Origin: Isurus oxyrinchus
Lineage: Eukaryota
Reading direction: 5' to 3'
Length of the DNA: 64,000 nucleotides
Assembly: GCA_026770705.1 (NCBI GenBank)
Contig: JANJGN010000017.1
Coordinates: 27,528,001-27,592,000, forward strand
This document shows positions 27,055 through 39,181 of this stretch, in pieces. Both the position numbers and the translations under genes were made by a program. The notes beneath the pieces were generated by a model. It was given only the letters and a program-made list of their open reading frames with translations. It did no database searches and was not told where the DNA came from. Position 1 is the stretch's first letter. Every line of letters starts with the position of its first letter.

Positions 27055-27878
27055 GGGCTAAATTTAATGCAGCCAATCACAGTGGGAAACATAGCAACCA
27101 GGCCCATGTAATTGTGGGAAAGGTCCTGTATCAGTTCCCTGGTGGGGGCAAAACCTCGCCCTGATTAAGACTGAAGGGGCGGATGCGGGATTCCAGACGG
27201 GTGGCAGGATGACAATGATGCTCATTAATAAGCCAATTGGCACCCATTATCCCTGAGCCCACTGCAATTTAGTGACGGCCCAGGGATTAAGTGAGGATTC
27301 CATGGCTTTCCTGTGCCCTTGGAAGGCCGTCCAACAAGCTTCGTCAGGTTTGCCAGTGGTTTCCTGTGCTATCCCTCATTCGGACACCCTCTGCCCCTGA
27401 TTGAGGGACCAAGCATCGGGAAGGGGGGGGCATGCGGTAAGCCACCCCTCTAGCCTCGCCTCCGATCTCCCTGACTCCCTCCCATGGCTCCCGCCCTGCA
27501 ATTCCCACCCGTCCTTCACCTGTCTTTGGTCTGGGATCCCATGGTGATTCTGGGCACTCTGGCAGGTGCTTTGCCGACAGCTGACACTACTCCTGCTGGC
27601 ATTGGCAATAATGAGCAGCTGCCGGCTTCTGGCTGGCAGTTCTTTGCAGGCGAGATTCCACCGGGGGCCTCAGCCATGGGGGAAGGCCCGAAGGTGGCCA
27701 CTTAACTGCCTGAATGGCACTTGATTCCGCCAGGCCTTCGATAGAACTGACGGAGATTCCGCCAGGCCTTCGATAGAACTGACCGAGATTCCGCCAGACC
27801 TACGATAGAACCGACTGGGGTTCCCTGTGGTTCTCCGACCGGTAGACAAGACCCCCGTTGGCCCAACAATCCTATCCA
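27055..27878. mobile_element. PIF/Harbinger MITE with internal 32-bp triplication
   Basis: Left TIR gggctaaattt; interior homologous to 28355-28920 (attatccctgagccc). Confidence 0.6.
27723..27818. repeat. 32-bp tandem repeat x3
   Basis: gattccgccaggccttcgatagaactgacgga / gattccgccaggccttcgatagaactgaccga / gattccgccagacctacgatagaaccgactgg. Confidence 0.95.
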
Positions 27879-28354
27879 ATATCTTTTCAACTGGCTTGAA
27901 AAAGGCATGAGCTTTCACAGATACAACATACTGTTACTGGCAAGTTTTTGGCTCTAGCTGTTCAATGAATTAAACCTGCTGTAAAAATCTTGCCGAATTG
28001 GATGACAATGCCCTTTAAAAATTTATGGGTACATTTTCCTCTTTTTCACAAAGAGAGGTTACTGATGTTGATTTCAAAATGCTGGGTGCACACACTTTTC
28101 CTGCAGACAATTTTCTGCAGCACAACATCAATAGGGGACTTCAAAGTAACCTGGTCAATCCTAACTGATGATTGGCAGAAACTACAGGCACAGGCAAAGG
28201 GAAGTTTATAACAAGGCCCTTGGAACTTCCAGGATAATTATTGCGCACATCAGTATTTCAGATGGCTGAGAACATCAGGAGCACCTTGTAACACAGCCTT
28301 CCAGGAACATCATTATCTGCTGCATGCTACACAACTTTGCTACTCAAAGACCTG

Positions 28355-28920
28355 GGGCAGAATTTAGTGGAGCCTGTCAAAGCGGGCATGATGGTGGGTG
28401 GATGGAGGAATTGGGTGGGAGTACCTGCATCTGATTCCCAGCGGTGGGAAGACTGTACTGAAGTTAGTGGGGGGCGGGAAGGACCTGAGATAGGAATCCC
28501 GTCCTTTAGCGGGATACTAATTAGGCTCATTAATGAGCCACTTAAAGCCAATTATCCCTGAGCCCGTTGGGATTTAATGGTGGCTCAGGGATTTAATGGA
28601 AATCCCATGGGTCTCCTGTAGCTCTTGAAGGCTGCCCAGCAACCCTGTTGGGCCTCATGGTGAGGGGGCCCCTCACTGACAGGCACTCCGTGTCCCATCG
28701 AGGGAGCCAGCATCCAGGAATTGAGATGAAAGTCATGCCCCTGCCCTTGCATTCGACCTTGCCGGCAACTCGCTCCCTGCAACCACCATCTCGCCCACTT
28801 AACTGTTTCCAGGGATCCAGCCATGACAATTACCGGCAGCAACCACCACTCCCAATGGCACTGCTGGCAGTGCTGAGCTGCCAGCCTCTGATTGGCTAGC
28901 AGCTCTTGAATTAAGGCCAG
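28355..28920. mobile_element. PIF/Harbinger MITE fragment
   Basis: Left TIR gggcagaattt. Confidence 0.6.
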
Positions 28921-30990
28921 AACATTACATGCACACTGACAGAGAGAATGCAGCTGTAAATATGTCAATGCAACACTGGTAGTTCAGGCACTTGACCATT
29001 AACGTTAGTTTCCATTTAAGTGATCATGTATAACCCAAAAAGTGTCCTTAAACATCTTCTGCTTCATTGCACACCACATTTCCTTAAATAGCATTAACAT
29101 TTATAATTCTCTGTTTTCCTACATTATTCTACCCCAGGGGATCCCAAGCGGACTCCACTAGAGAAGATTTCAATGTCCATTAATATAATAAATTCCTATA
29201 GTCCCTCTCAAAACATTTCTGAATGGTATCTGGATCTACCAAGGAAACCACTGCTTGGCGCCAGAGGCTTGTGGCCATCATTTCCCCACATTGTCAAAGA
29301 GATAGTGTCCACTTTCAGTGGGTGCGTTTCTCTTGGCTGATTAGTAATGGAAAAGATGGGTTGGATTTTCTCTGCGGGCTCCTGAAACCCACTGTTGGGC
29401 TTAAATAGTGGTCTGCACTGTGTGAGAAAGAGTCACTCATTGAGATTTTCCATGGAGTGGTCAGTTATGGCCAGAGGTAGGCTTGCTGTTCAGTTAAGGA
29501 TGGCAGGCAGATTCCCGAAAATAGAGAACCAATCAGAGGTCTTCCAGTATGAAAGCAGCTGCAGGACTCTATGAAAGATAAATGATGATGAGGGTGCTTC
29601 AAACTGGTCCTCAGTCAAGTGTTTTTAAAGTTTAAATAAAACATGGTTTTGGCCATCATTGCGGGGGTCAATGGGGGTATATCTTACAGGGCGGACTGCA
29701 CCCAGGCAGGCAGGGAGGGCCTCTAGGTCCGCCTGGATTGCTGGCGCCCAGGGAGTGGCACACCACCAGGCAGTTAAACTGGCTTCCACCACCTTCTAGA
29801 ACCTGAAGGCCAAATGGAAGATCCCAGTTGACCAACAATAGCAGGCCTTTACAGGCTGTCAATTATTACAACCGGCTACTTGCCATATGCAGGTGGGTAG
29901 CCCTACTGCCCTCCTCCTACCTTTGGGAAAATGGCTGGTAGGGGGCAGAATGGAGCCTGGGAACTGGCAGACAGGCAGGCTTTAGTGCTCGCTTGCCTCG
30001 TTCCCAACCCCAGTCTGCAGGTCTGAGGAGAAGCAAGAGCTGGTATGGGCCGTTAATCCTCTCGGTCTCATCAGCACTCTATCAACTAAAAATGGGAGCT
30101 GGTTGTGATTGAAGTGCCTTTGTGTGCTAGTTCCTGATCTGCTTCTTTTTCTTGATGTGTCTCTCATTAAGTATTCACGGTGGGTTTACAGTGGTAAAAC
30201 TATTGCTCATTACATTATCACCACTGGGAGTGAAGAAAATTATCTAATTAAAATTGCTGCAGCTGAACAAAGGAGCATGTGCTTGTGGGGATTCTGGAAA
30301 CATACAGAAGAACAGGAAATCAGCCAGAACGTGTGAAGTAGCAGTAGTCTCATGGGGTAGAGTTCAGCAGCCGAAAGGCTTCCAGGCTTCCTTTGGCATC
30401 CATGGATGTTTAACCTGTGGAAGTGAGGGCTACAAAGAATGGTCTCCTTGGGGACTCAGAATAGGAAGGCCCATGAGAGGTTGGTACAGACATTGTGGAG
30501 GCAGGTTGCCTAGGCAATCGGTGCAGCTAGTAATATGCCAGAGACTACCAAACAGGTTTAATGCCCCACACTGTTGACCAAATTAAATGAAGACACCATG
30601 CCCTGTTCACAACCATTAAGAATGATAGAAGCACCTCCTTACCTACCATGTTTTCTCTGTACCATTAATCATCTGACTGATTTGGCTTGTGTGTGGTCAG
30701 TATCAAATCACCTCATAAATATTCACTGCTGACCAAAGTACAAACATTAGTGAAACATGAGAAAATCACATCTCAAGAAACACTATCTTTTTGGTTAATG
30801 GCTTACACTTTGAAATAAATAAGAAAAGGATTTTTTTGTTTTTTAGGATTATAGAATATTTTCCACTCCTTCCTGACAGCTGTTACTTGTAAATGTGCAG
30901 GATGAGTTACAGTACACGTTAAGTATTGTGGTTCACAGGAACAGGTTGGAAATTGCAATTCCCGTGATTCACCTTTCTTTCACACACACT

Positions 30991-31270
30991 GGAACATAGG
31001 AACCTAGGACTTAGGAGCAGGAGTAAGCAATTTGATAAGATCATGACTGATCTGATTGTGGTCTCAACTCCACTTCCTGTCTGCGCAGCCACCCCCCAGC
31101 CCCCCATAACCCTTGATGCCCTTGTCTCCCAAAAATCTATCTAACTGTGCTTTGAATAAATTCAATGACCCAGCCTCCACTGCTTCCTGGGGAAGGGAAT
31201 TCTACAGACTGACGACCCTCTGAGAACAAAAAAATTTCTCCACATCTCCATCTTAAAGGGGAGACCTCTG
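30991..31270 (-). mobile_element. CR1 LINE 3' fragment
   Basis: gaacataggaacctagg tail; rc encodes FKMEMWRNFF... Confidence 0.8.
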
Positions 31271-31879
31271 TAGATTTTGAGAATTTTTATATGCACAAAT
31301 GCACAATTCCTCCAGAGGAACGGGGGATTGCTCATCCTTTTCACCTTGCCACATGACACAGGATGTCTGATTTACTTCATGCTTTGGGTTCTGTGCACAC
31401 ACACAATTTGTCAACAGCAGCAAAAACTTTCCAGCAATTAGGGGTAAGTGAAAGTTTTAACTTTCGTAGCTCACCCTTCATAGAAAAGCGATGTAGTTGC
31501 AAACATTTCTAATATTGATTAAGTAATTTTGTGGGTAACTTTATTAGTTGATCAGAATTGTACAATTTTTATTTTTATTTCACAACTATTCATATTGACT
31601 TGGACTTAGTCCCAAAGTTTCAATGTTCAAAATAACACATTAAACAGAACAAAAAGCTCAAACTTTTATCAATTTTACAATAGCATGGTTAAATTTATCC
31701 ATTGAATTGTCTTGCAAGGCCTACATTATAGTTTTTGTTCTAAGGTGTTGGGCGTAGTTCAGTAGGTCTTATTGTTTTTCCTTCAGTTTGCCAGGATTTT
31801 GATTTTCTTCTGCTGTCTCTGTGAGGTTTTGAGTTGTTCCATTCGCTGCCACTGTGTTGTAAGGTGTTGGGCATAGTTC

Positions 31880-32108
31880 TGTAAGTCTTATTAAGGTATT
31901 CTTAGTATTAGGTAGTTCAACAGTATTTATTAACCACGAGAAACAATATACATAGGTACAGTAAAGGTGCAAGCTATGAGCCGTCTCCATGCTTGTTTCT
32001 ACACACGGCTCTGTCCAACGCTATACTGACCTCTAAGTGTGGTCATGTGTGGGTGGTACTGTACTCAGTCCCACATTAACTCTTTATGTGCCAGTACCTT
32101 ATACTACA
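31880..32108 (-). mobile_element. Probable short solo LTR
   Basis: TGTAAGT...ACTACA termini; flanks gttc/gttt; AATAAA on the minus strand. Confidence 0.5.
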
Positions 32109-32559
32109 GTTTTTAATTGAAAGTCTCAGTGTGCAGTCATAGCAATGCATTTGAACATGTGCATTTTGCAGAATGTCCCTTCATGAAATCTGTGCATCAA
32201 CAGGAGTTGAAAGGAAGAATGGTGAGGAGTTGATTATTTCTTTGTCTTTTTTCCAAGATAGTTTGAAAGAAACAGATTGCCTTCTCAAAGCTGTTTATTT
32301 CAGACTGGTGATGAATTGATATAAAAATATTATAATTGTGCTTTTTTTTGTTTTAAACACTTACAATAAATACAGAATAGTTGTTATGTGAGAAACATGA
32401 CTGAATACCAACAGCTATTCATAGCCTACTTGTTGTTGCATGGAAAGGAAAACACAGGTTGTTAATGGAAATTAAATTTCTTTATGAGTCACTTGCCACT
32501 TTTAATTATATCAAGATCTTATTCTTCATTTGCGCAGAGTTAAAATCAGGCCCTACAGT

Positions 32560-32935
32560 TTTTCTTATTGGTTGATGGGGTGTGGGCATTGCTGGCTAGG
32601 CTAGCATTTGTCACCCATCCCTAACTCCCTTTAAACTGAGTGGCTTACTAGGATATTTTTGAGGGTAGCTAAGAGCCAACTACACTGCTTGGGATGTAGA
32701 GTCACATGTAGGCCAGACAAGGTAAGGACAGCAGATTTCCTTCACAACAGACATTAGTGAACCAAATGGCGTTTTACAACAATCAATGGCAGTTTCCTGG
32801 TCACCATTACTGAGACTAGCTTTCAATTCAACATTTTATTAATTGAATTTAAATTCTACCAGCTCTGTGGTGTGATTTGAACCTGTGTCCCCAGAGCATT
32901 AGCCTAGGCCTCAGGATTAATAGTCCACCATCTCC
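32560..32935 (-). mobile_element. tRNA-derived SINE (same family as 1359-1741)
   Basis: Reverse-complement homology to 1359-1741. Confidence 0.8.
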
Positions 32936-33212
32936 CCTCTATGTATTATATATGAACCATTTTGACGTTTAGTGATTTATGTTACCTCAATACTTAGAAA
33001 CAGCTGCTGACATCGGGATGATTTACCACCTGTCTCCAATCCTGTACAGAGAACTGGCGCCCAAGTTAAAATCGGGCCCACTATTAGTGCATTCCTGGTG
33101 CATGCCTGGTGTATCAAGTAATCATCTATATCAGAAAATTGCATGCTCCAGCCCTGTGATTTTTCTATTTATCATTTACAGGTAGAAAAGATGTATTGAA
33201 TGCTTGAAATCA

Positions 33213-33800
33213 AGAACATAAAGAAAGGAAAAGGATAGACTTGCATTTATATAGTTCCATTCGAAAACTGAGTTCATCCCGAAACACCTTATGGCCAACG
33301 AAATACTTTATTGAAGAATTGTCACTGTTAAGATGAAGGAAAACATGGCAGCAAACTCGCACAAACAGCATTATGGTAATGATCAGATAAACATTTTTAG
33401 TGAAGTCACTTGAGGGATTAAAATTGTCCACAATACCAAAGTGAACTCCTCTGCTCTTCTTTGAAATCAATTTATGGGATTTTTTACACCCATCGGGGAG
33501 AGTAAACCAGGCCACCATTTAACATTTCATCAAGAAGGCATTTCAACAGTAGTTATATCAAAGCAAGGTGGTGAAGGGTAGAACTGGAGCTAGTCTTTAC
33601 ATATTTTTACAAGCTTTTGTTTACAGAGATGTGCATCATGTACATGCGCCTCCTAACTTAACCACCACAGTTTCAGTCCGTTCCTCTTTATAGGAAGACT
33701 AGCTAATGCCCGCCACCTGCTATAATAAAACATAGTTCATATGCAATTAACACTCAACACTCAATGCTGCACTGGAATGTCAGCCTAGGATTTTGAGACC
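33213..33800 (-). mobile_element. SacSINE1/DeuSINE interrupted by a ~200-bp LTR-like insert (33552-33751)
   Basis: rc shows Deu-domain-type sequence (atcccataaattgatttcaaagaagagcagaggagttc) and tail atataaatgcaagtct; homology resumes at tgctgcactggaatgtcagcctag after the insert. Confidence 0.75.
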
Positions 33801-35245
33801 CTTGTTGACATGAGAGCTAAGTGGTGGAAGAAGTGTATGCGCAGGCTGACGCGTAAAAGATGAAAGATGAGACAGAGGTCCAGGTGAACAGCTGCTGAAG
33901 ATACAGTACTGATCAGGCTTTGTTGAACCTTACATGGCAAATGGACTCTGATGCTTCTGTTTATACGTCTTTTTCTAAGACCAATAAATTAGAGGCACTT
34001 CAGATGCTGGTCATGAGAAGATCTTGTATATTGGTCTGTTGTGGTACTGTGCCTTCATGTATAGTAGCTACAAAATAAAATGTAAGTATTGTCCCTGGAA
34101 TCAGACTTGAACCTACAACTTTTCGCCTCATGCGAAAATAGCATCAGTGAACCATGGCTGATAGTAAAACATACCCAAGTAGGAAGAGAGTGACTGATCC
34201 ACAGAGGAGCATAATTTTGTGCCAACAGATGGTAACCACTACTTGGAAAAGAACAAAATTAAGACAAATTGCAAAATTAGAAGGCAAGTCCACTGCAGCT
34301 TTAAATGCATCTTAATAACCTGTTAATTCACAGTGACAATTTTGTAACAGCTAACACATGTAGGAAATAACTTCCCCCTTTAATTGTTAATATTCATTAG
34401 TGAGTCAGATCTGTTTAAATTACTGCATTAATCAACATCTCAAAACTATGGGCATGAGTACAGTTTCCATTTAACAGTCCAGAAGTATGTAGCTTTCAAA
34501 GAATCTAGCTTTCAAAATATTGGTCCAGATTTTATGATCATGCGATGAAGTGATGGCACCTGCTGCTGAAATCTAAGGAAGTTACCCTCAAAGATCTAGC
34601 GATCTCTGGTGTGGATTTCACCTTTTCCGATGTTAACGAGAATCTGGCATCAAGTCAACAAGATCTTCAGGAATCCAGCTGCAATGATGTCATCAAGCAG
34701 GGTAAGCAGCCAATCACGCTGAAGAATTCTGGCACAGCAAATCAGGAATTAAATGAACTGATCATCCCTCACTTTTTAATATATTTTTCAGGGAGCAAAA
34801 TAAAGATTGTGACACACACATTAGAAGCTGAAATATCATAAGCTGGATTTAAAATAACAATTTTAACAATATTAAACATTTAGCATTATACAAATATAAA
34901 ATTGTTTATTCGGGGCCAGTGAGGCAGTGCAGTCATAATCATGAGCTTAGTACTCTGTTAATACTGCAGTTACACCTCATTAACAAGGCATAACTTTTTT
35001 TTTACAGAGTATAAGTGGAAGTTCTCATAGAGCAGTAATTTCTAAAGATTGTCATCTGTGCCGATTTCAACAGTACATGCTGTTGATGAGCAGAGTATCA
35101 TTGACAGAAATTTATGGTCTTCATATTTAGCTGAACATGTTAGGATGCCAGATGTTGCTGTCAGTTTCACAGTTGTGATGATGGCGAACATTGACAGTTT
35201 CACAATCTGTACAGCTGCAAACTTTCTGGTAGAAATAATCTTTTA

Positions 35246-36155
35246 GGGCCAGATTTTCATACCTCTGTACATGTCCAAGCAGAGGCAGAAGGGCAGAAAT
35301 GTTGAATGGGGCCCAATTCTGGGATTCCTACCCCATTCCCATTAAGGCAATTTTTGCTGGCATGAGAAACGAGTGCAGGTAATGAGCTCACACACAGCGT
35401 TTCTGACGGAGCAGGTGGACATTTCAGAACCCCCTGCAATTTTGATGGAGTCAGGTCAGCTTTTTCAAGAGATGTGGTTCATTAGTCCTCCAAGGATTTA
35501 TAAACCATGGTGAAACTCTAGCCTAGAGTTGGAAACTAAAAAAAAAAATCAGGCATTCAATATTCCCTTTGAAAAGATTTCACCCTTCTCATAAAATTGT
35601 TAATCAAATACAGACAGTGAGAAGCCAATTGAAGAGCCCTTTATTCCTGTCCAAATAAACACACAGGCAATGAAACACCCCTTCAAAAAATATCAAGTTT
35701 TGACAAGGTAATAAAACTGTCAATCAATCAAAGCTCCTTCACAATTTTATAAACAACTGCCCAGCAGCATTGGAGCTCAACCAAGCATTCATAATGAGAC
35801 ATTCTGGCAAGTGCATCAACAGAAGCAGGCTGAACAGATAGCCAGTCATCTGTTTTTACAGTTGTCTTTTACAGTGTTTTAAAGTGCTTTTGTTTAGGGA
35901 TAGAAGGCCTAACAACCATGAACAGAACTGTGTTGATGTCCCAATAAATGGAAGAGGCCCTTCTAACCTGTAACCTCATAATCCACCCGCCTCTGTTGCC
36001 ACCTCAGGCTGTGCTCCTGAGGTGGCAGATTTGTCTCCAGCCCATGCCCATCTCCCCAACTACGGCAGGTGTGTTCCTCCAGGACTGAGTTGGAATTGCA
36101 GGGTCAGGAAAATTTCTGAATCCTGATACCCATCTCCATGATGAAAATCTGGCCC
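35246..36155. mobile_element. PIF/Harbinger MITE
   Basis: Perfect 15-bp TIR gggccagattttcat / atgaaaatctggccc; flanks tta/tca. Confidence 0.85.
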
Positions 36156-36789
36156 TCAGACTTTAAGAGATTTGTGACTTCATTACCAAAGTCTAATTGC
36201 AGTATGAGCTCTAATAACTGCTGATAAGAAGGTCTTGTTGGATCACCATGCAATAGACATTGCTTCTTAGATGGTTAGCAGGAGAGGGGATTTTAATGAC
36301 TTGACAGCTTGACAGTTCCACAGAGTATACCCACCTTTTACTCTCATTAACTTCTGCTGTTAGCAATCCCAAAGCAATACCTGGACCATCTAGAAGACTA
36401 CCTGAGCTTTCCAAAAGGGTATCTGACCTCTCCAAAAGGCTACTCAAGCTCGCCAAAGTATACCTGACCCCCTCCAAGGAGCTCTGGCAGATTTAGAGCT
36501 TTTCCTCAAGTACCTAAAGCCCACGAGTCATTCTTCGGAAATCTGGGTGACAAAAATTGCTTCTGAGTTAGGTCAGCTGCATTTTTAAATGCACTGCTGC
36601 CTCTGTGAACTGTGAATGTGTGAAATACCTGCCGCTATCCTTCCCCACTCCCCGCACCCCCTCACCCCACCCAAACCCTGGCAAAAATGGTGGGTCTGTG
36701 TTTGGGGGTAGGACTTCCAGAATTGGGGCTCCAAGTCCATTCTGTAAGGCACAGATCTCCCCCGACTTGGCAAAAATTTGGGCCCAAGT

Positions 36790-37052
36790 TCTGGAATAAA
36801 AGTAGAAAAAACTGGAAAAGACTCAGCTTCTCAGGCAGCATCTGTGGAGTTAATACTTCTGGTCAATCACTTTTCATCAGAACACTTGATGTCTCAGAGT
36901 CTAGAAGTACATTGAACATCTTCCAGTTCTGATGAAAGGTCATTGGCCTGAAACATTAACTGATTCCTGTCCACAGATGCAGACTGACTGAGTATTCCCC
37001 AGCATTTTATCTTTGTTTTCAGAGTTGCAGCATCTGCAATATTTTGCGTTTG
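36790..37052. mobile_element. Penelope-derived inverted (palindromic) pLTR mini-element
   Basis: Left arm 36790-36883 is the reverse complement of right arm 36926-37015; both resemble the Penelope pLTR at 38523-38663. Confidence 0.8.
36924..36962 (+). ncRNA. Minimal type I hammerhead ribozyme motif (one core-adjacent substitution)
   Basis: CAGTT-CTGATGA-A-AGGTC att GGCCT-GAAAC-ATT-AACTG: helix I CAGTT/AACTG, helix II AGGTC/GGCCT. Confidence 0.7.
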
Positions 37053-38522
37053 GCTTAAAGTTCTGGAATACCCGACACTTGAATCATGTTCATACTGAAA
37101 AGCTTCATTGTAAATTTTGAATACCATGATTCTGCGATAGGAAAATGGCATATTATCCGCTAAAGGCCAAGGACAACTTAACAGAAATCTTAGGGTGCCT
37201 GAATGCCAAACAACACAACTGCAACTCCGCATAATGATGCTACTCAGTATCCATGGAGTGTGGGTGGATTTTAAATTTGGTTTCTTAGTTCATTGATAAT
37301 GAGGCATGTTTCTATTAGCAAATTTGTGCAGGACATTGTAACGTAACTAACACAAATTCCTTCCCTTTGTGAATTACTACAGTGTGAAACTTTTGACACC
37401 ATTGAGGACACTGTGGACATTTTGTCACAGTGATAGAAGGTAAAAATGCATAGTGTGTTGAACTGTTCATTTGCCAGCACAATATACAAGAACATCAATC
37501 TTGAAGGAAAGCATGCCACAGATTTTTATTCTCCCATGCTATTCTTAGAAGTTGATTCCATTTTTATTTAAGCATTGCATGACAGCAAAAAATAGAACTA
37601 ATGTATTCAGCCTGTTGTCAAATTGTTGAAATGGAGTGATGAGAAACACATATGCTTGATTTGCAAGCACAGCATCAGAGACGTCAGCATCAAATGAAAT
37701 CTGAAGTAATTGTTATCTTCCTGAATTCATGATAGAGACAGAAGGGAACGTGTTATGCTGTGCTGGCAACTCTGTAAGCACTGCTGTAAACTACAGAGCC
37801 TTTCTCTCTTTAAAAATGTGTTTGCTGTGAAAAGATATCCTGAATTGTAAATTGCAATAGCACTTAATGAAGTCTAAAAATACCTCCTGGCAGAAAGGCA
37901 GTAGAATTCAAGTTTGCAGCTATGAATCTCTCACATGCTGGGGTTTGGCTCTCAGCATTTGCTGCTAGGGATAGTGGTTAATCAAGAGGCCAGACATTCA
38001 CTTCAGAAGGGAGAGAAAGTCAGCCCAGTTTGAGGGCAATATTGATGGAGGCCTGAGACCATGTAATCCCAATGGTGTTCCAGTTAGAAGGAGGCATGTA
38101 GCATTGAAAGGAGAGGTGAAGAGAAATGATTTTCACCCTCATAAAATTAAATTATAAAAATGTCAAAAGTCAGCTACAGTACCAAGATTTGTTTTTGTTC
38201 TTATATGAATGTTTATTGTACTATTATAACTTAAAATATTTAATTCAACAAATGAGGAAACTGATAAGTAATGCATGGGCTATTGAAGGTATTCGGAAAG
38301 TAAATGCAGAACAATTGTGCCCACTCCATTCAAGTGTTGATTGATTTACTGACTTCTTTGCATTTTCATTTACTGCTGGGAGTAAATTAATCTATTCAAT
38401 TGGCATTAGTTGGAGTCGGGCAAATTAAAAGGTTCACCACCAAAACTTAACCATCTGACCTTTAATAAGTCAAAATTAACTTACACTGATTGAAACAGAA
38501 ACAAAACAACATGAATAAACTC

Positions 38523-39181
38523 TAAGATAAAAACAAAAAAACTGCGGATGCTGGAAATCCAAAACAAAAACAGAATTGCCTGGAAAAACTCAGCAGGTCT
38601 GGCAGCATTGGCGGAGAAGAAAAGAGTTGACGTTTCGAGTCCTCATGACCCTTCAACAGAACTTGAGTGAGTCCAATAAAGGGGTGAAATATAAGCTGGT
38701 TTAAGGTGTGTGGGGCTGGGGGGGGAGTGGTTTGGGTGGGGGGAGGGAGAGAGAAGTGGAGGGGGTTGGTGTGGTTGTAGGGACAAACAAGCAGTAATAG
38801 AAGCAGATCATCAAAAGATGTCACAAACAACAGAACAAAAGAACACATAGGTGTTAAAGTTGGTGATATTATCTAAACGAATGTGCTAATTAAGAATGGA
38901 TGGTAGGGCACTCAAGGTATAACTCTAGTGGGGGTGGAGGGAGCATAAAAGATTTAAAAATATTTAAAAATAATGGAAATAGGTGGGAAAAGAAAAATCT
39001 ATATAATTTATTGGAAAAAACAAAAGGAAGGGGGAAAGAAAGGGGGTGGGGATGGGGGAGGGAACTCAAGACCTAAAGTTGTTGAACTCAATATTCAGTC
39101 CGGAAGGCTGTAAAGTACCTAGTCGGAAGATGAGGTGTTGTTCCTCCAGTTTGCGTTGGGCTTCACTGGAACAATGCAGCA
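38523..39181 (-). mobile_element. Penelope-like element 3' part (GIY-YIG C-terminus plus pseudo-LTR)
   Basis: rc encodes LHCSSEAQRKLEEQHLIFRLGTLQPSGLNIEFNNFRS; homologous to 57900-58527. Confidence 0.9.
38625..38663 (-). ncRNA. Minimal hammerhead ribozyme motif with variant core CUGUUGA
   Basis: rc: AGTT-CTGTTGA-A-GGGTC atgag GACTC-GAAAC-GTC-AACT. Confidence 0.7.

Noticed and set aside
27723-27818. CRISPR-like array
   Set aside because: The repeats are head-to-tail with no spacers, in vertebrate DNA.
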